From positions 1 through 16,582 of the forward strand of contig JAZDIV010000021.1 of NCBI GenBank assembly GCA_043804695.1: 16,582 bases of DNA, written 5' to 3'. The notes under the pieces were generated by a model, which saw only the letters and a program-made list of their open reading frames with translations, was not told the origin of the DNA and searched no databases. Positions 1 through 8,348 of the stretch are shown here, in pieces. Origin of the DNA: PVC group bacterium. GTDB lineage: Bacteria; Auribacterota; Erginobacteria; Erginobacterales; Erginobacteraceae. The position numbers were made by a program, and so were the translations under genes. How positions within the stretch are numbered: position 1 is the first letter of the stretch; every line of letters starts with the position of its first letter.

Positions 1-4
1 TAAT

Positions 5-42
5 TAATGTCGCTGAAAGTCTAACCGCTTTCAGCGACATTA
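5..42. repeat. Perfect 15-bp inverted repeat (possible terminator of an upstream gene or operator)
   Basis: TAATGTCGCTGAAAG (5-19) / CTTTCAGCGACATTA (28-42), 8-nt loop, in AT-rich DNA. Confidence 0.7.
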
Positions 43-92
43 TAAATGACAATAGCAATGTTAAATGTTGTTTGATTTAGTAAAAAAATAGG

Positions 93-120
93 TTGAAATT
101 ACCCAATTTCATAGTAAGTT
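93..120 (+). promoter_or_regulatory. Putative sigma70 promoter of rpmE operon
   Basis: TTGAAA (93-98), 16-nt spacer, TAAGTT (115-120); AT-rich region so chance match is possible. Confidence 0.3.
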
Positions 121-217
121 AAATTTAAGTAACTTAACTGAATAAAATAGTTGGAGTTAATACAAAAGTGCTTTTGAAGAAAAATAATCAACTATTTTTC
201 CCGGAGGGAAAAATACA

Positions 218-418
218 GTGAAAGCGAAGATTCACCCTGAATACAGCGAGACCACCATCATCTGCGCCTGCGGCTCGGTCATCCGCACCCGCTCGACCAG
301 GCAGAACATCAAGGTCGGGGTCTGCTCCCGGTGCCATCCCTTTTTCACCGGGAAGCAGAAGTACCTGGACACGGAGGGGCGGGTAGAACGCTTCAAGCGG
401 AAGTACGGGCTGAAATAA
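218..418 (+). CDS. rpmE: 50S ribosomal protein L31, zinc-binding (C+) type
   Basis: MKAKIHPEY...CACG...[32 protein letters not shown] start after GGAGGG SD; both Cys pairs present. Confidence 0.97.
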   Translation: MKAKIHPEYSETTIICACGSVIRTRSTRQNIKVGVCSRCHPFFTGKQKYLDTEGRVERFKRKYGLK

Positions 419-458
419 TCTACCGCCCGTTCTGGAGAACGGGCGGTAGATTATTTCA
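411..458. terminator. Long perfect palindrome overlapping rpmE stop (bidirectional terminator-like)
   Basis: TGAAATAATCTACCGCCCGTTCT-GG-AGAACGGGCGGTAGATTATTTCA, 23-bp arms. Confidence 0.65.
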
Positions 459-495
459 TTAACTTCCTCGTTATAATCTATCCCCGTTTCCAAGC

Positions 496-1626
496 ATGTC
501 CCCGACAGCCGATAACACTTCCCCTGACGACCGGGAGTTTTTGCTCCGGTTCAGCGCCCGGCTGAACTCATCCCGGGAGGAACTGGGGGAGATCGGGCGG
601 CAGATGGCGGACCCGGAGATCGGGCAGAACCCGCCGCGGATCCGCCGCCTCGGCCGGGAGTATTCCCGGCTGGGCAAGGTGGTCTCTCTTCACGACCGCT
701 ATCTGGCGGTTCTCCGGGAAATCGAAGAAAGCCGGCGGATCCTGCAGGGGGAGGAAGAGGACCCGGAGCTCCGGGAGATGGCCCGGGCGGAGCTGGCGAA
801 GCTCGAAGAGGAGAAGGCTTCCGTCTGGAACCGGCTGGAAGTCCTGATCCTGCCCCCCGATGAACGGGATGAGAGGGACAGCATAGTCGAGATCCGGTCC
901 GGCACCGGGGGCGCGGAGGCCGCCCTCTTCGCCCTCGATCTTTTCCGGATGTACGGCAGGTACGCGGAGAGGCGGGGGCTGCGGATAGAAAATCTGGACA
1001 CGCATCCGGCGGCGCAGGGAGGGCTGAAGGAAGTGACTTTCGGCGTGGTCGGGGAGGGAGCGTACCGCGCCTTCAAGCTCGAGAGCGGCGTCCACCGAGT
1101 TCAGCGGGTGCCGGCGACCGAGTCCCAGGGGCGGATCCACACCTCCGCCGCCTCCGTGGCGGTCTTCCCGGAGGCGGAGGAAGTGGAGGTGAAGATCGAG
1201 CCCAACGACCTCCGGATCGACCGTTTCTGCTCCTCGGGCCCCGGCGGCCAGAGCGTCAACACGACCTATTCGGCGGTCCGGATCACGCATCTCCCCACCG
1301 GCATCGTGGTCAGCTGCCAGGACGAGAAGTCCCAGCACAAGAACAAGGCCAGCGCGCTCAAGGTCCTTCGCGCGCGGCTCTACCAGAAGATGCAGGCCGA
1401 GCAGGACGCCGAACTCGCCCGGCAGCGGAAAGCCCAGATCAAGAGCGGCGACCGCTCCGACAAGATCCGCACCTATAATTACCCGCAGAACCGGGTCACC
1501 GACCACCGGATCAATCTCTCCCTGCACCGGCTGGAGTCGGTCATGAACGGCGACCTCGACGAACTGGTGGGAAAACTGATGGAATGGGAACGGCGGCAGC
1601 GGCTGGACGGGCAGAATACGGAATGA
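496..1626 (+). CDS. prfA: Peptide chain release factor 1
   Basis: [29 protein letters not shown] (PxT motif of RF1), [10 protein letters not shown] (GGQ), [15 protein letters not shown]. Confidence 0.97.
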   Translation: MSPTADNTSPDDREFLLRFSARLNSSREELGEIGRQMADPEIGQNPPRIRRLGREYSRLGKVVSLHDRYLAVLREIEESRRILQGEEEDPELREMARAELAKLEEEKASVWNRLEVLILPPDERDERDSIVEIRSGTGGAEAALFALDLFRMYGRYAERRGLRIENLDTHPAAQGGLKEVTFGVVGEGAYRAFKLESGVHRVQRVPATESQGRIHTSAASVAVFPEAEEVEVKIEPNDLRIDRFCSSGPGGQSVNTTYSAVRITHLPTGIVVSCQDEKSQHKNKASALKVLRARLYQKMQAEQDAELARQRKAQIKSGDRSDKIRTYNYPQNRVTDHRINLSLHRLESVMNGDLDELVGKLMEWERRQRLDGQNTE

Positions 1627-2534
1627 CCCGCTTGCCGGTTATTTCCTTTCGACCGAGCGCCCCGGCCGCGATCAGAACGGAGCTGTCCCGGGCCGGGGAT
1701 CTTTTAGAGAAATCCGGGGTTGAGAATCCACGGCTGGACGCCGAGCATCTGCTCGCCCATTGCCTGGGGACCGAACGCGGGCGGCTCTACCTTGACCCCG
1801 ACCGGGTGCTCACCACCGGCGAGAGCGAGCGGTTTTGGGAACTGCTGGAAGAACGCCGCGACCGCCGGCCCCTCGCCTACATCCGGGGCTGGGCCGGGTT
1901 TTACAGCCTGGTCCTGAAGACGGACGCCCGGGCCCTGATCCCGCGCCCGGAGAGCGAGCTTTTGATTGATCGGGCTCTGGCGATCCTGGAGGGGTGTCGG
2001 TCCCGGCCGCCGGAGGTTGTTGATCTGGGGTGCGGGTGCGGGACGCTGGCTCTGGCCCTGGCTAAGGAAGCCCCCGGCGTCGTCATCCGGGCTTCGGATA
2101 TATCCGGAGCCGCTCTCGATCTGGCCCGTGAAAACGCGGTTAGCCTGGGGCTGGCTGACGCGGTCTCCTTCCGGCCGGGGGATCTTTTTTCTCCCTGGGA
2201 AGACCGCCGGCCGGCCGGGTTTGACCTGGTCGTGGCCAACCCGCCCTATCTCAGCGATCGGGAATGGGAGGAAGCGCCGCCCGAAGTCCGGCGGCATGAA
2301 CCGGCGGAAGCGCTCCGGGGAGGGCCGGACGGCCTGGGGGTGATCAGGAGGATCGTCCGGGAAAGCCCCCGCTACCTGAAGCCGGGAGGAGTGCTCCTCT
2401 TCGAGATCGGGGCGGCCCAGGGCGCTGCGGCCCGCGCCCTGGTGGAATCGGTCGAAGGTTTTGCCTTTGTAGAGATCATCAGGGATTACAGCGGACGTGA
2501 TCGAGTTGTGGCGGCGGGAAAAAATGCCACCTGA
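1623..2534 (+). CDS. prmC: Release factor glutamine methyltransferase PrmC/HemK
   Basis: [25 protein letters not shown] (SAM motif), ANPPY, GGPDGL; ATG 1623 overlaps prfA TGA (ATGA); start inferred. Confidence 0.93.
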   Translation: MTRLPVISFRPSAPAAIRTELSRAGDLLEKSGVENPRLDAEHLLAHCLGTERGRLYLDPDRVLTTGESERFWELLEERRDRRPLAYIRGWAGFYSLVLKTDARALIPRPESELLIDRALAILEGCRSRPPEVVDLGCGCGTLALALAKEAPGVVIRASDISGAALDLARENAVSLGLADAVSFRPGDLFSPWEDRRPAGFDLVVANPPYLSDREWEEAPPEVRRHEPAEALRGGPDGLGVIRRIVRESPRYLKPGGVLLFEIGAAQGAAARALVESVEGFAFVEIIRDYSGRDRVVAAGKNAT

Positions 2535-2567
2535 GAAATATTTTTATTTTTCCGAAGGAAAAATAAA

Positions 2568-3836
2568 ATGGATCAGATTGAAATAACCGGCGGGACAAAG
2601 CTGGAGGGGGAGGTGGCGATCAGCGGGGCGAAGAACGCCGCCCTTCCCATTATGGCCGCCGCCCTGCTGGCCCCGGGCCGGTCGGTGATCCGCGGAGTTC
2701 CCCGCCTCCTCGACCTCCGCACCATGCTCGATATTTTCCGTCATCTCGGTGTCCGCTGCGGATTCCGGGAAGAGGACACCCTGGAGATCGACGCCGCCGT
2801 CATCAAGGACTGCTCGGCTCCCTATGACCTGGTCAGGAAGATGCGGGCGTCGGTCCTGGTCCTGGGGGCGCTGCTGGGGCGGCTGGGCCGGGCCCGGGTC
2901 TCCATCCCCGGAGGCTGCGTGATCGGCCCCCGCCCGATCGATCTTCATCTCAAGGGCCTGCAGGGGCTCTCGGCCCGGGTCGAGATCGAACACGGCTATA
3001 TCAACGCCGAGGCGCCCGAGCTGGTGGGGGGGGAGATATACCTGGGGGGACGGTTCGGCTCCAGCGTGGGGGCGACGATCAACCTGCTGCTGGCCGCGGT
3101 CAAAGCTCGCGGCGTGACCACGATCATCGGGGCGGCCTGCGAGCCGGAGGTGGTCGACCTGATCAGTTTTCTCACCCGGATGGGAGCCCGGATCACGGGG
3201 GCCGGGAGCCCGCGGGTCACCGTCGAGGGCGTGAAAGAGATGGTGCCGGCCGAACATACGGTCATCCCGGACCGGATCGAGGCGGGGACTTATCTGATCG
3301 CCGCCGGCCTGACCGGGGGGGATATCACGCTGCGCCACGCCCGCGCCGACCATCTCCAGGCCCTGATCGAGGCGCTGCAGGACACCGGGATGGAGATCAC
3401 CCGGGACGGGCCGGTGCTCCGGGCCCGCTCCGCGGGGGGATTGACCCCGGTCGACATCACCACGCTCCCCTATCCTGGTTTCCCCACCGACCTCCAGGCC
3501 CAGATGACGGCGCTCCTCTGCACGGTCCCCGGGATCAGCGTGATCATCGAAAAGGTGTATCCCGAGCGGTTCATGCATGTCTCGGAGCTGAACCGGCTGG
3601 GGGCCGGGATTGCGCTGGAGGGCAGCGTCGCCATCGTGCCGGGAGGCCGCCGCCTCTCCGGCGCCCCCGTGATGGCGTCCGATCTCCGGGCCTCCGCCGC
3701 GCTCATCCTGGCGGGACTGGTGGCGGAGGGGAAGACCACTGTCCGGCGGGTCTATCATCTCGACCGGGGCTACGAGAGAATGGAAGAAAAGCTCGGTGCT
3801 CTGGGGGCGAAGATAAAAAGAGCGCCGATGGAGTAA
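2568..3836 (+). CDS. murA: UDP-N-acetylglucosamine 1-carboxyvinyltransferase
   Basis: ISGAKNAALP, MRASVLVLG, PGGCVIGPRPIDLH (Cys115-type loop), YPGFPTDLQ, DLRASAAL, HLDRGYE. Confidence 0.97.
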   Translation: MDQIEITGGTKLEGEVAISGAKNAALPIMAAALLAPGRSVIRGVPRLLDLRTMLDIFRHLGVRCGFREEDTLEIDAAVIKDCSAPYDLVRKMRASVLVLGALLGRLGRARVSIPGGCVIGPRPIDLHLKGLQGLSARVEIEHGYINAEAPELVGGEIYLGGRFGSSVGATINLLLAAVKARGVTTIIGAACEPEVVDLISFLTRMGARITGAGSPRVTVEGVKEMVPAEHTVIPDRIEAGTYLIAAGLTGGDITLRHARADHLQALIEALQDTGMEITRDGPVLRARSAGGLTPVDITTLPYPGFPTDLQAQMTALLCTVPGISVIIEKVYPERFMHVSELNRLGAGIALEGSVAIVPGGRRLSGAPVMASDLRASAALILAGLVAEGKTTVRRVYHLDRGYERMEEKLGALGAKIKRAPME

Positions 3837-3861
3837 CTATGGATAAAATATTAATCATACC

Positions 3862-4009
3862 GTCATTGCGAGCGTTAGCGAAGCAATCTGACCCGAAGGG
3901 TCATCCTGAACGTAGTGAAGGATCTATGTTTATTCAAAAGAGATCCTTCGTTTCACTCAGGACGATGCTTCGCATCGGATTGCTTCGTCGCTCCGCTCCT
4001 CGCAATGAC
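3862..4009. repeat. GTCATTGCGAG...GCAATC palindromic repeat element with a nested GTCATCCTGAA...GGATCT element
   Basis: Outer arms GTCATTGCGAG..AAGCAATC (3862-3888) / GATTGCTTCG..CTCGCAATGAC (3978-4009); inner arms GTCATCCTGAACGTAGTGAAGGATCT (3900-3925) / AGATCCTTCGTTTCACTCAGGACGA (3941-3965); second outer-type copy at 13447-13550. Confidence 0.85.
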
Positions 4010-4071
4010 TGAATGAGACAGAATATGATTATATTGCGTTACGGGAGTTAAGTGCATACCCCCTTTAATTT

Positions 4072-4218
4072 TAAATGACCAAAATAACAAATCCAAAACA
4101 ATTTCGCCGAGCCCTGCGATATTTGGAATTTTTGCTTCATTTTCCGCCTGTGGCGGATCAGCCTCTGGCTGAGGACCTTGGATTTATTTAGGATTTAGAT
4201 ATTAGGATTTAGGATTTT
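4072..4218. repeat. Degenerate inverted heptamer array interrupted by two short palindromes
   Basis: Left AAATGACC AAAATAAC AAATCCAA; right TAGGATT TAGATAT TAGGATT TAGGATT; TCCGCCTGTGGCGGA (4143-4157) and TCAGCCTCTGGCTGA (4158-4172) lie between. Confidence 0.65.
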
Positions 4219-4245
4219 GATAGTACTCAGGTTTAACCAGAATAC

Positions 4246-4273
4246 TTGAAATCATTTTCGGGTACGGTATAGT
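4246..4273 (+). promoter_or_regulatory. Putative sigma70 promoter of ffh-rpsP operon
   Basis: TTGAAA (4246-4251), 16 nt, TATAGT (4268-4273), 20 nt upstream of ffh ATG. Confidence 0.5.
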
Positions 4274-4293
4274 TATTTCTGAAGGGACAAATC

Positions 4294-5613
4294 ATGTTCG
4301 AGAGAATCGCGGATAAATTCCAGGCCATCTTCAAGCAGGTCCGGGGGCAGGGGACGTTGAGCGAGAAGAACATCGCCGATGCACTGCGGGACGTGAAGCT
4401 GGCCCTTCTTGACGCCGATGTGCATTATCAGGTGGTGAAGGAGATCATGGCCCAAACCCGCCGGGAGATCATGGGGGAGAAGGTCCTGCAGAGCCTGAAG
4501 CCGGGCCAGCAGTTCGTCAAGGCCTTTCACGACCGTCTGGTGGAGTTCATGACCGATCCCGCCTCGGAGCTGGTCCTCTCCCGGACGCCGGCCCTGATTC
4601 TCCTGGTCGGGCTGCAGGGGGCGGGGAAAACGACCGTGGCCGCCAAACTGGCCCTCTGGCTCCGGGAGCACCGGAAGATCTCCTCCCTCCTGGCGGCGGC
4701 CGATCTCCGGCGCCCGGCGGCCGCCACGCAGCTGAAAGTTCTGGGGGACAGGATCGGGGTGGAGACATTTTCGGGCCGGGGAAATTCTTCTTTAAAAATA
4801 ATCGGCGATGCGATACAGTATGCACGCTCCGGTTCGCTCGGCTGCGTGATCGTGGACACCGCCGGGCGCCTTCACATTGACGAGCCGATGATGGAGGAGA
4901 TCCGTAGGATCAAAGAGAAGCATCCGCCGGATGAGACGTTGCTGGTACTGGACGCGATGACCGGCCAGGACGCGGTCACGGTTGCGGTGGATTTCAACCG
5001 GCGGGCAGGCATCAGCGGGGCCGTTCTGACCAAGCTCGACGGGGACGCGCGGGGGGGCGCCGCCATATCCTTCCGGGCGGTGACCCGGCGCCCGATTAAA
5101 ATGATCGGCGTGGGCGAGAAGCTCGAGGACCTCCAGGTCTTCGACGCCCGGAGGATCGTCTCCCGGATACTGGGGATGGGGGACATCATCAGCCTGGCTG
5201 AAAAAGCCCGGGCCGCGCTGGATGAGGGCGAGGCGCAGCAGTGGGAGAAGAAGTGGCGAAAGGCGGCGGTTGACCTGGAGGATTTCCGCCGGCAGCTCGG
5301 CCGGCTGAAGAAGGTCGGCTCCTGGGACTCGATCATGGGGATGCTCCCCGCCGGGATGCCCGCCCTGGAAGACGGGCCCGGCCGGATCAGGAGGATGGAA
5401 GCCGTGCTCGATTCGATGAGCCCGGAGGAGCGCGGCAATCCGGGGATTATCAACGGCAGCCGCCGGGAGCGGATAGCGCGGGGGAGCGGGACCAGCGTTC
5501 AGGACGTGAACCAGTTATTGCAGCAGTTCAGATTGTTGAAGAAGATGATGGGAAAAGCGAGGGGGGCGGGGAACAGAACATCAGCGACAGGAGGTGTCAA
5601 TTGGCCGTTGTGA
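4294..5613 (+). CDS. ffh: Signal recognition particle protein Ffh
   Basis: GLQGAGKTT (G1), DTAGR (G3), TKLDGDARGGAA (G4), RILGMGD, M-domain SMSPEERGNP...SRRERIARGSG. Confidence 0.97.
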   Translation: MFERIADKFQAIFKQVRGQGTLSEKNIADALRDVKLALLDADVHYQVVKEIMAQTRREIMGEKVLQSLKPGQQFVKAFHDRLVEFMTDPASELVLSRTPALILLVGLQGAGKTTVAAKLALWLREHRKISSLLAAADLRRPAAATQLKVLGDRIGVETFSGRGNSSLKIIGDAIQYARSGSLGCVIVDTAGRLHIDEPMMEEIRRIKEKHPPDETLLVLDAMTGQDAVTVAVDFNRRAGISGAVLTKLDGDARGGAAISFRAVTRRPIKMIGVGEKLEDLQVFDARRIVSRILGMGDIISLAEKARAALDEGEAQQWEKKWRKAAVDLEDFRRQLGRLKKVGSWDSIMGMLPAGMPALEDGPGRIRRMEAVLDSMSPEERGNPGIINGSRRERIARGSGTSVQDVNQLLQQFRLLKKMMGKARGAGNRTSATGGVNWPL

Positions 5614-5828
5614 TAAGATTACGGAGGGGAGGGGGGAGAGGAGGGGGGAGGAAGCAGGCCCATTACCGGATCGTGGTCAGCGACTCGCGCTGTCCCCGGG
5701 ACGGGCGTTTCATTGAGAAGATCGGTCATTACGACCCCGAGAAAGGCCAGGAGGCGGCGGTCGTGGACCGCGACCGGGCGCGGTACTGGCTCGATCAGGG
5801 GGCGAAACCGTCGGAGACGGTGGGGTAG
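5601..5828 (+). CDS. rpsP: 30S ribosomal protein S16 (stops at TAG 5826-5828; frame stays open to TGA 5865-5867)
   Basis: TTG start after GGAGGT SD; VIRLRR...YRIVVSDSRCPRDGRFIEKIGHYDP...YWLDQGAKPSETV. Confidence 0.92.
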   Translation: MAVVIRLRRGGGRGGGRKQAHYRIVVSDSRCPRDGRFIEKIGHYDPEKGQEAAVVDRDRARYWLDQGAKPSETVG

Positions 5829-5935
5829 ATATTTAAAAGGTTGCAAATTGGGACGACCGGTGTTTGAATAAGCGCCGGCAGTGTTAATGCCGGCTGGGAA
5901 TGATCACGCCGATCCATCGTCAGGAGGTAAATGGA

Positions 5936-6241
5936 ATGAAGGAGTTGATCGAGCATATCGTCAAATCGATTGTTGATTTTCCGGAGAGCGTTGATGTGAG
6001 GCAGATTGACGGAGAGAGCACGATTGTCTTCGAGCTCCGTGTCCGGCAGGACGACGTGGGAAAAGTCATCGGGAAAAAGGGGCGCACCATCAATGCCATC
6101 CGCACGCTGGTCAACGCCACCGCCGCCAAGTCGAGCATGCGGGCCATGCTGGAGATCGTGGAAGAGAACAAGCAGTCCTCTCCGGAAGAGGACAAGCAGT
6201 CCTCTCTGGAAGAGGACAAGCAGTCCTCTCTGGAGGAGTAG
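5936..6241 (+). CDS. khpA: KH-domain RNA-binding protein KhpA (YlqC/UPF0109) with acidic repeat tail
   Basis: MKELIEHIVKSIVDFPESV...DDVGKVIGKKGRTINAIRTL (GxxG KH loop); AGGAGGT SD before ATG 5936; usual position after rpsP. Confidence 0.9.
   Translation: MKELIEHIVKSIVDFPESVDVRQIDGESTIVFELRVRQDDVGKVIGKKGRTINAIRTLVNATAAKSSMRAMLEIVEENKQSSPEEDKQSSLEEDKQSSLEE
6161..6232 (+). repeat. 3 x 24-bp tandem repeat in khpA 3' end
   Basis: GAAGAG(A/G)ACAAGCAGTCCTCTC(C/T)G x3 encoding EE(N/D)KQSS(P/L). Confidence 0.95.
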
Positions 6242-6296
6242 CCGCGGCCGGCCCGGTCCCGGCTCCGGGGCTTTCTCCTTCAACGGCAAGTTAATG

Positions 6297-6338
6297 AAAC
6301 CCGGCCGGCGGTCTGTCCGGAAGCCGGCCGGGTTTTTA
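6297..6338 (+). terminator. Intrinsic terminator-like hairpin between khpA and trmD
   Basis: AAACCCGGCCGGC ... GCCGGCCGGGTTT followed by TTAT. Confidence 0.55.
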
Positions 6339-6429
6339 TCCGCCTCTTTCGCCGCCGCCGCCGTCGGCCGCCGCCCGCGGACGATGAAGGCGGGTATGAA
6401 TAGGTGCCGCGGGCTGGCCATGGGGCTCC

Positions 6430-7188
6430 ATGGATAAGGCTTCCCTGCAGATTGACATCATCACTCTCTTCCCGGGGGTGTTTGCCGGGTACCTGGGGGA
6501 GAGCATTATCAAGCGCGCTCAGGAGAAGGGCGCGGTCCGGATCCGGGTGGTCAACCTGCGGGATTACACCCGCGATCGCCACCGGACGGCCGACGATCGC
6601 CCGTACGGGGGAGGGGCGGGGATGGTTTTGAAGGCGCCCCCCCTCTTTGAGGCGGTAGCGGGGCTCTCCACCCCCCGGAGCAAAGTCCTGCTCCTCTCCC
6701 CCCGGGGGGAGCTGTTCGACCAGCGCCAGGCCCGCCTCCTGAGCAGGGAGAAGCACCTGATATTGATCTGCGGCCGCTACGAGGGGGTTGATGAGCGGGT
6801 GAGCGCGGCCCTGGCGGACCGGGAGATCTGCATCGGGGATTTTATTCTGACCGGCGGTGAGCTGCCGGCGATGGTGGTGCTGGATTCCGTCATCCGTCTG
6901 GTGCCCGGCGTCCTGGGGGATCCCGGTTCGGCGGTGGAGGAGTCTTTTTCGCGGGGAAGGCTGGAGTATCCGCAGTACACCCGGCCGGAGAAATACCGGG
7001 GGCTGGCGGTCCCGCCGGTCCTGCTCTCCGGAGACCACGGGGAAGTGGCAAGGTTTCGGGAGAAACAGTCGTTCCTGACGACCCTGCGGCGCCGGCCCGA
7101 TCTGCTCCGGAAATCGCCGCCGACCGAAGAGGAAACGATCTGGCGGAATGAGGAAAATAACGAAGGATCGGATCATGAAAATAATTGA
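6430..7188 (+). CDS. trmD: tRNA (guanine37-N1)-methyltransferase
   Basis: IITLFP, DDRPYGGGAGMV, LSPRG, CGRYEGVDER, IGDFILTGGE, LEYPQYTRP, VPPVLLSGDH. Confidence 0.97.
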   Translation: MDKASLQIDIITLFPGVFAGYLGESIIKRAQEKGAVRIRVVNLRDYTRDRHRTADDRPYGGGAGMVLKAPPLFEAVAGLSTPRSKVLLLSPRGELFDQRQARLLSREKHLILICGRYEGVDERVSAALADREICIGDFILTGGELPAMVVLDSVIRLVPGVLGDPGSAVEESFSRGRLEYPQYTRPEKYRGLAVPPVLLSGDHGEVARFREKQSFLTTLRRRPDLLRKSPPTEEETIWRNEENNEGSDHENN

Positions 7189-7567
7189 ACGGTTAGAGAA
7201 AGAACAGGTCAAGGGAGACTTACCGGAATTCCGGATCGGCGACACGCTGAGCGTGCACCTCAAGATCATCGAGGATGACCGGGAACGGATCCAGGTCTTC
7301 ACCGGCGTCTGCATCGCCCGGAAGGGATCCGGGGCCAGGGAGTCGATCACCCTCCGGCGGGTGGCCTCCGGGCTGGGGGTGGAGAAGGTGTTTCTCATTC
7401 ACTCCCCCCGCATCGCCCGGATCGAGGTCGGCCGCGGCGGCGCGGTCCGCCGGGCCAAGCTCTACTACCTGCGGGGGAAGAAAGGGAAGAAGGCCCGCCT
7501 CCGGGAGCGGAGATCGGCGCCCCTGATCAGCGAAGCGGAGGATCGGACAGCCCCCTCCGATGAATGA
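7175..7567 (+). CDS. rplS: 50S ribosomal protein L19
   Basis: LPEFRIGDTLSVH, RERIQVFTGVCI, GVEKVFLIHSP, VRRAKLYYLR; ATG 7175 overlaps trmD end (start inferred). Confidence 0.95.
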   Translation: MKIIERLEKEQVKGDLPEFRIGDTLSVHLKIIEDDRERIQVFTGVCIARKGSGARESITLRRVASGLGVEKVFLIHSPRIARIEVGRGGAVRRAKLYYLRGKKGKKARLRERRSAPLISEAEDRTAPSDE

Positions 7568-8192
7568 CTTCGCCGTTCCGCCCCGCATGTTCTTCTGGGA
7601 GGAGAAGTACGGGGGCGAGGGCAATCTCCCGGTGGCCGGACTGGATGAAGCCGGCCGGGGCCCCCGGGCCGGTCCGGTGGTCGCCGCCGCGGTCATTCTC
7701 CCCCGCCGGCGCCGCCACCCCGTTCCCCTGATCGATTCCAAGAAACTCTCCCCCTCCCGGCGGGAGGAGGCGTTCCGGTATCTGCAGGCCCTCCCCGGGA
7801 TCGTTATCGGCGTCGGGGTCGTCGAACCCTCCGAGATCGACCGGATCAACATCCTGGAAGCGACCCGCCGCGCGATGCAGACGGCGGCGGCGGCCTTGGC
7901 GCCCCCCGCGGCCTATCTGCTGATTGACGGACTGCTCCTCCCCGGAGAGCCGACCCCGCAGAAAAAGCTGATCCGGGGCGAGGATGCGAGCGTCTCGATC
8001 GCGGCGGCATCCATCGTCGCCAAGGTGACCCGGGACCGGATCATGATCGGCTGCGATCGGCAGTATCCCGCCTACGGCTTTGCCCGCCACAAGGGCTACG
8101 GGACCCGGGAGCATCTTGAGATGCTCGACCGGCACGGTCCCTGCCCCATCCACCGCCGCTCCTTCCGGCCGGTCCGCGAGCGTCTCCGCTAA
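7560..8192 (+). CDS. rnhB: Ribonuclease HII
   Basis: GLDEAGRGP.AGPVV, DSKKLS, LLIDG, SIAAASIVAKVTRD, HKGYGT, HRRSF; alternative start ATG 7587. Confidence 0.95.
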   Translation: MNDFAVPPRMFFWEEKYGGEGNLPVAGLDEAGRGPRAGPVVAAAVILPRRRRHPVPLIDSKKLSPSRREEAFRYLQALPGIVIGVGVVEPSEIDRINILEATRRAMQTAAAALAPPAAYLLIDGLLLPGEPTPQKKLIRGEDASVSIAAASIVAKVTRDRIMIGCDRQYPAYGFARHKGYGTREHLEMLDRHGPCPIHRRSFRPVRERLR

Positions 8193-8259
8193 CCCCCCCG
8201 CCTCGCCCCCTTTCTGAAACAGACGATTGAATGTGATTTGAATGTGAGTTCGCCGTCCC

Positions 8260-8326
8260 GTTCGAAGTTCGATGTTCGAAGTTCGACGTTTATTTTTTCT
8301 TCGGCGTTGAACGTTGGACGTTCAGC
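8260..8326. repeat. GTTNRAN heptamer tandem array at the convergent rnhB / lpd-like junction
   Basis: GTTCGAA GTTCGAT GTTCGAA GTTCGAC ... GTTGAAC GTTGGAC GTTCAGC. Confidence 0.85.
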
Positions 8327-8348
8327 TTTTATGCCCGCCGCAGCCCTC

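Noticed and set aside
496..1626. Genome-wide amber reassignment with defective RF1
   Set aside because: RF1 motifs are intact and other genes in the window end plausibly at TAG.
6161..6232. CRISPR-like palindromic direct repeats
   Set aside because: Units are contiguous with no spacers, lie in frame in khpA, and no cas genes are present.
6242..6429. SRP 4.5S RNA near ffh (GTCCGGAAG seen)
   Set aside because: Lacks the conserved CAGG...GGAA...AGCAG helix-8 pattern; the hairpin is better read as a terminator.
7644..7682. RNase HII motif GRGPRAGP (Arg where Leu is usual)
   Set aside because: Single non-catalytic substitution; the acidic catalytic residues are intact and it could be a base error.
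568..7852. Long antisense or alternative-frame ORFs (568-1527, 2544-3758, 6280-7398, 7220-7852 and others)
   Set aside because: Shadow frames of conserved high-GC genes, with no independent motifs.
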